Assembly (NCBI GenBank): GCA_030141605.1
Contig: JAQGDQ010001420.1
Coordinates: 1 to 41,916 of the forward strand
Length of the DNA stretch: 41,916 nucleotides
Direction of reading: 5' to 3'
Origin: Tubiluchus corallicola
Taxonomy: Eukaryota; Animalia; Priapulida
Shown: positions 39,750 to 41,916 of the stretch, piece after piece
Layout of the letters: every line of letters starts with the position of its first letter
Position numbering within the stretch: position 1 is the stretch's first letter
Translations under genes and position numbers: made by a program
Notes under the pieces: model-generated
Told to the model about the DNA's origin: nothing
The model's database searches: none
The model's input: only the letters and a program-made list of their open reading frames with translations

Positions 39750-40230
39750 AAAAATCTTCGTATATAAGGTACTCGCTTATAAGGGACCACCAGCATTGGT
39801 TCCGATTTTTCGTAACATTTTCCTATGTAAAAATCTTCGTATGTAAGGCACTCGGATATAAAGGACTTTCGGTTATAAGGGACGATATCTTCAGGTCCCG
39901 CATAATAGAAACCCAGGTAAATTACCTCGCATATAAGGGATCCTGTGATCAAAGAGAAATTGATCGATTTTTAACCTCAATTTTTCACAAACTCGGCCTT
40001 CAAACAGCTCGGTTTCCGCAATCACATACATCTCGCGTTACTGAAGGAGCTTCCTACATACCGTTTGCACTGAATGTGTAGCAATAATCCATAAAAATAC
40101 GGGTAAAAGTACAGAAAAGTGCAGGTCTAGATACACCCTCGGTCTGACTCAACTTCGACTATAAGGGACATCGGATATAAGGGATGGTTTTTTCCGGTCC
40201 GGAGGTGTCCCTTATATCCGAAGTTGACTG
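39750..40230. mobile_element. Tc1/mariner-pogo-like MITE remnant
   Basis: Reiterated TATAAGGGAC subterminal motifs at both ends; right end ...cttatatccgaagttgactg|TA; left terminus unclear. Confidence 0.55.
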
Positions 40231-40417
40231 TATTTTAGAGCATTCTTTATTCTGAACTAATGCTTACACAATCGTCCGGTTTTCCTTTAAGCTTCATAAT
40301 TTATCATACATATACATGACTTTATATCACGTACTAAACGCTTCCAGTTGTTTCTATCTGATATGAAATGCAGCAGTCTTAAATAATCGCACATTAATAT
40401 TTACTAACCGTCATTTT

Positions 40418-41916
40418 CTACTAATGTCTAATGTAATCTTGTAGTAAAACTTGTCAGCTTGTGTAGTTATAGTCTATTCTAACAGTAAATGTTACTAATG
40501 TCTAATGTAATCTTGTAGTGAAACTTGTCAGCTTGTGAAGTTATAGTCTATTCTTACTGTAAATGTTACTAATGTCTAATGTAATCTTGTAGTGAAACTT
40601 GTCAGCTTGTGTAGTTATAGTCTATTCTTACTGTAAATGTTACTAATGTCTAATGTAATCTTGTAGTAAAACTTGTCAGCTTGTGTAGTTATAGTCTATT
40701 CTTACTGTAAATGTTACTAATGTCTAATGTAATCTTGTAGTAAAACTTGTCAGCTTGTGTAGTTATAGTCTATTCTTACTGTAAATGTTACTAATGTCTA
40801 ATGTAATCTTGTAGTAAAACTTGTCAGCTTGTGTAGTTATAGTCTATTCTTACTGTAAATGTTACTAATGTCTAATGTAATCTTGTAGTAAAACTTGTCA
40901 GCTTGTGTAGTTATAGTCTATTCTTACTGTAAATGTTACTAATGTCTAATGTAATCTTGTAGTAAAACTTGTCAGCTTGTGTAGTTATAGTCTATTCTTA
41001 CTGTAAATGTCACTAATGTCTAATGTAATCTTGTAGTAAAACTTGTCAGCTTGTGTAGTTATAGTTTATTCTTACTATAAATGTTACTAATGTCTAATTT
41101 AATCTGTAGTAAAACTTGTCAGCTTGTGTAGTTATAGTTTATTCTTACTATAAATGTTACTAATGTCTAATTTAATCTTGTAGTAAAACTTGTCAGCTTG
41201 TGTAGTTATAGTCTATTCTTACTGTAAATGTTACTAATGTCTAATGTAATCTTGTAGTAAAACTTGTCAGCTTGTGTAGTTATAGTCTATTCTTACTGTA
41301 AATGTTACTAATGTCTAATGTAATCTTGTAGTAAAACTTGTCAGCTTGTGTAGTTATAGTCTATTCTTACTGTAAATGTTACTAATGTCTAATGTAATCT
41401 TGTAGTAAAACTTGTCAGCTTGTGTAGTTATAGTCTATTCTTACTGTAAATGTTACTAATGTCTAATGTAATCTTGTAGTAAAACTTGTCAGCTTGTGTA
41501 GTTATAGTCTATTCTTACTGTAAATGTTACTAATGTCTAATGTAATCTTGTAGTAAAACTTGTCAGCTTGTGTAGTTATAGTCTATTCTTACTGTAAATG
41601 TTACTAATGTCTAATGTAATCTTGTAGTAAAACTTGTCAGCTTGTGTAGTTATAGTCTATTCTTACTGTAAATGTTACTAATGTCTAATGTAATCTTGTA
41701 GTAAAACTTGTCAGCTTGTGTAGTTATAGTCTATTCTTACTGTAAATGTTACTAATGTCTAATGTAATCTTGTAGTAAAACTTGTCAGCTTGTGTAGTTA
41801 TAGTCTATTCTTACTGTAAATGTTACTAATGTCTAATGTAATCTTGTAGTAAAACTTGTCAGCTTGTGTAGTTATAGTCTATTCTTACTGTAAATGTTAC
41901 TAATGTCTAATGTAAT
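40418..41916. repeat. 74-bp satellite, at least 20 copies, running off the window end
   Basis: Unit ttactaatgtctaatgtaatcttgtagtaaaacttgtcagcttgtgtagttatagtctattcttactgtaaatg. Confidence 0.97.

Overview
Eukaryotic, probably invertebrate animal, genomic DNA: AT-rich and dense in repeats, with no sign of prokaryotic organisation. It holds three housekeeping genes. (1) An intronless CHID1-like GH18 chitinase-domain gene (+, 6962-8221). (2) Mitochondrial ribosomal protein S16 (-, two coding exons, 14540-14294 and 12605-12445). (3) 26S proteasome ATPase PSMC3/Rpt5 (+, 12 coding exons assembled by hand from 23060 to 39463 with GT-AG junctions; the last exon lies beyond the window). Between MRPS16 and PSMC3 is a decayed, 5'-truncated LINE whose tail ends about 60 bp before the PSMC3 ATG. 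The rest comprises hAT-type MITEs with 8-bp target-site duplications, a solo LTR, many truncated retroelement 3' ends sharing a nested stem-loop plus microsatellite tail, and about a dozen unrelated tandem arrays. Three patterns stand out: tandem arrays that abut or duplicate splice sites (including five in-frame copies of a PSMC3 donor), satellites that can be traced to dispersed mobile elements in the same window, and a covarying 3' stem-loop shared across retroelement families. I see no convincing new protein system. Copy numbers are by-eye estimates.
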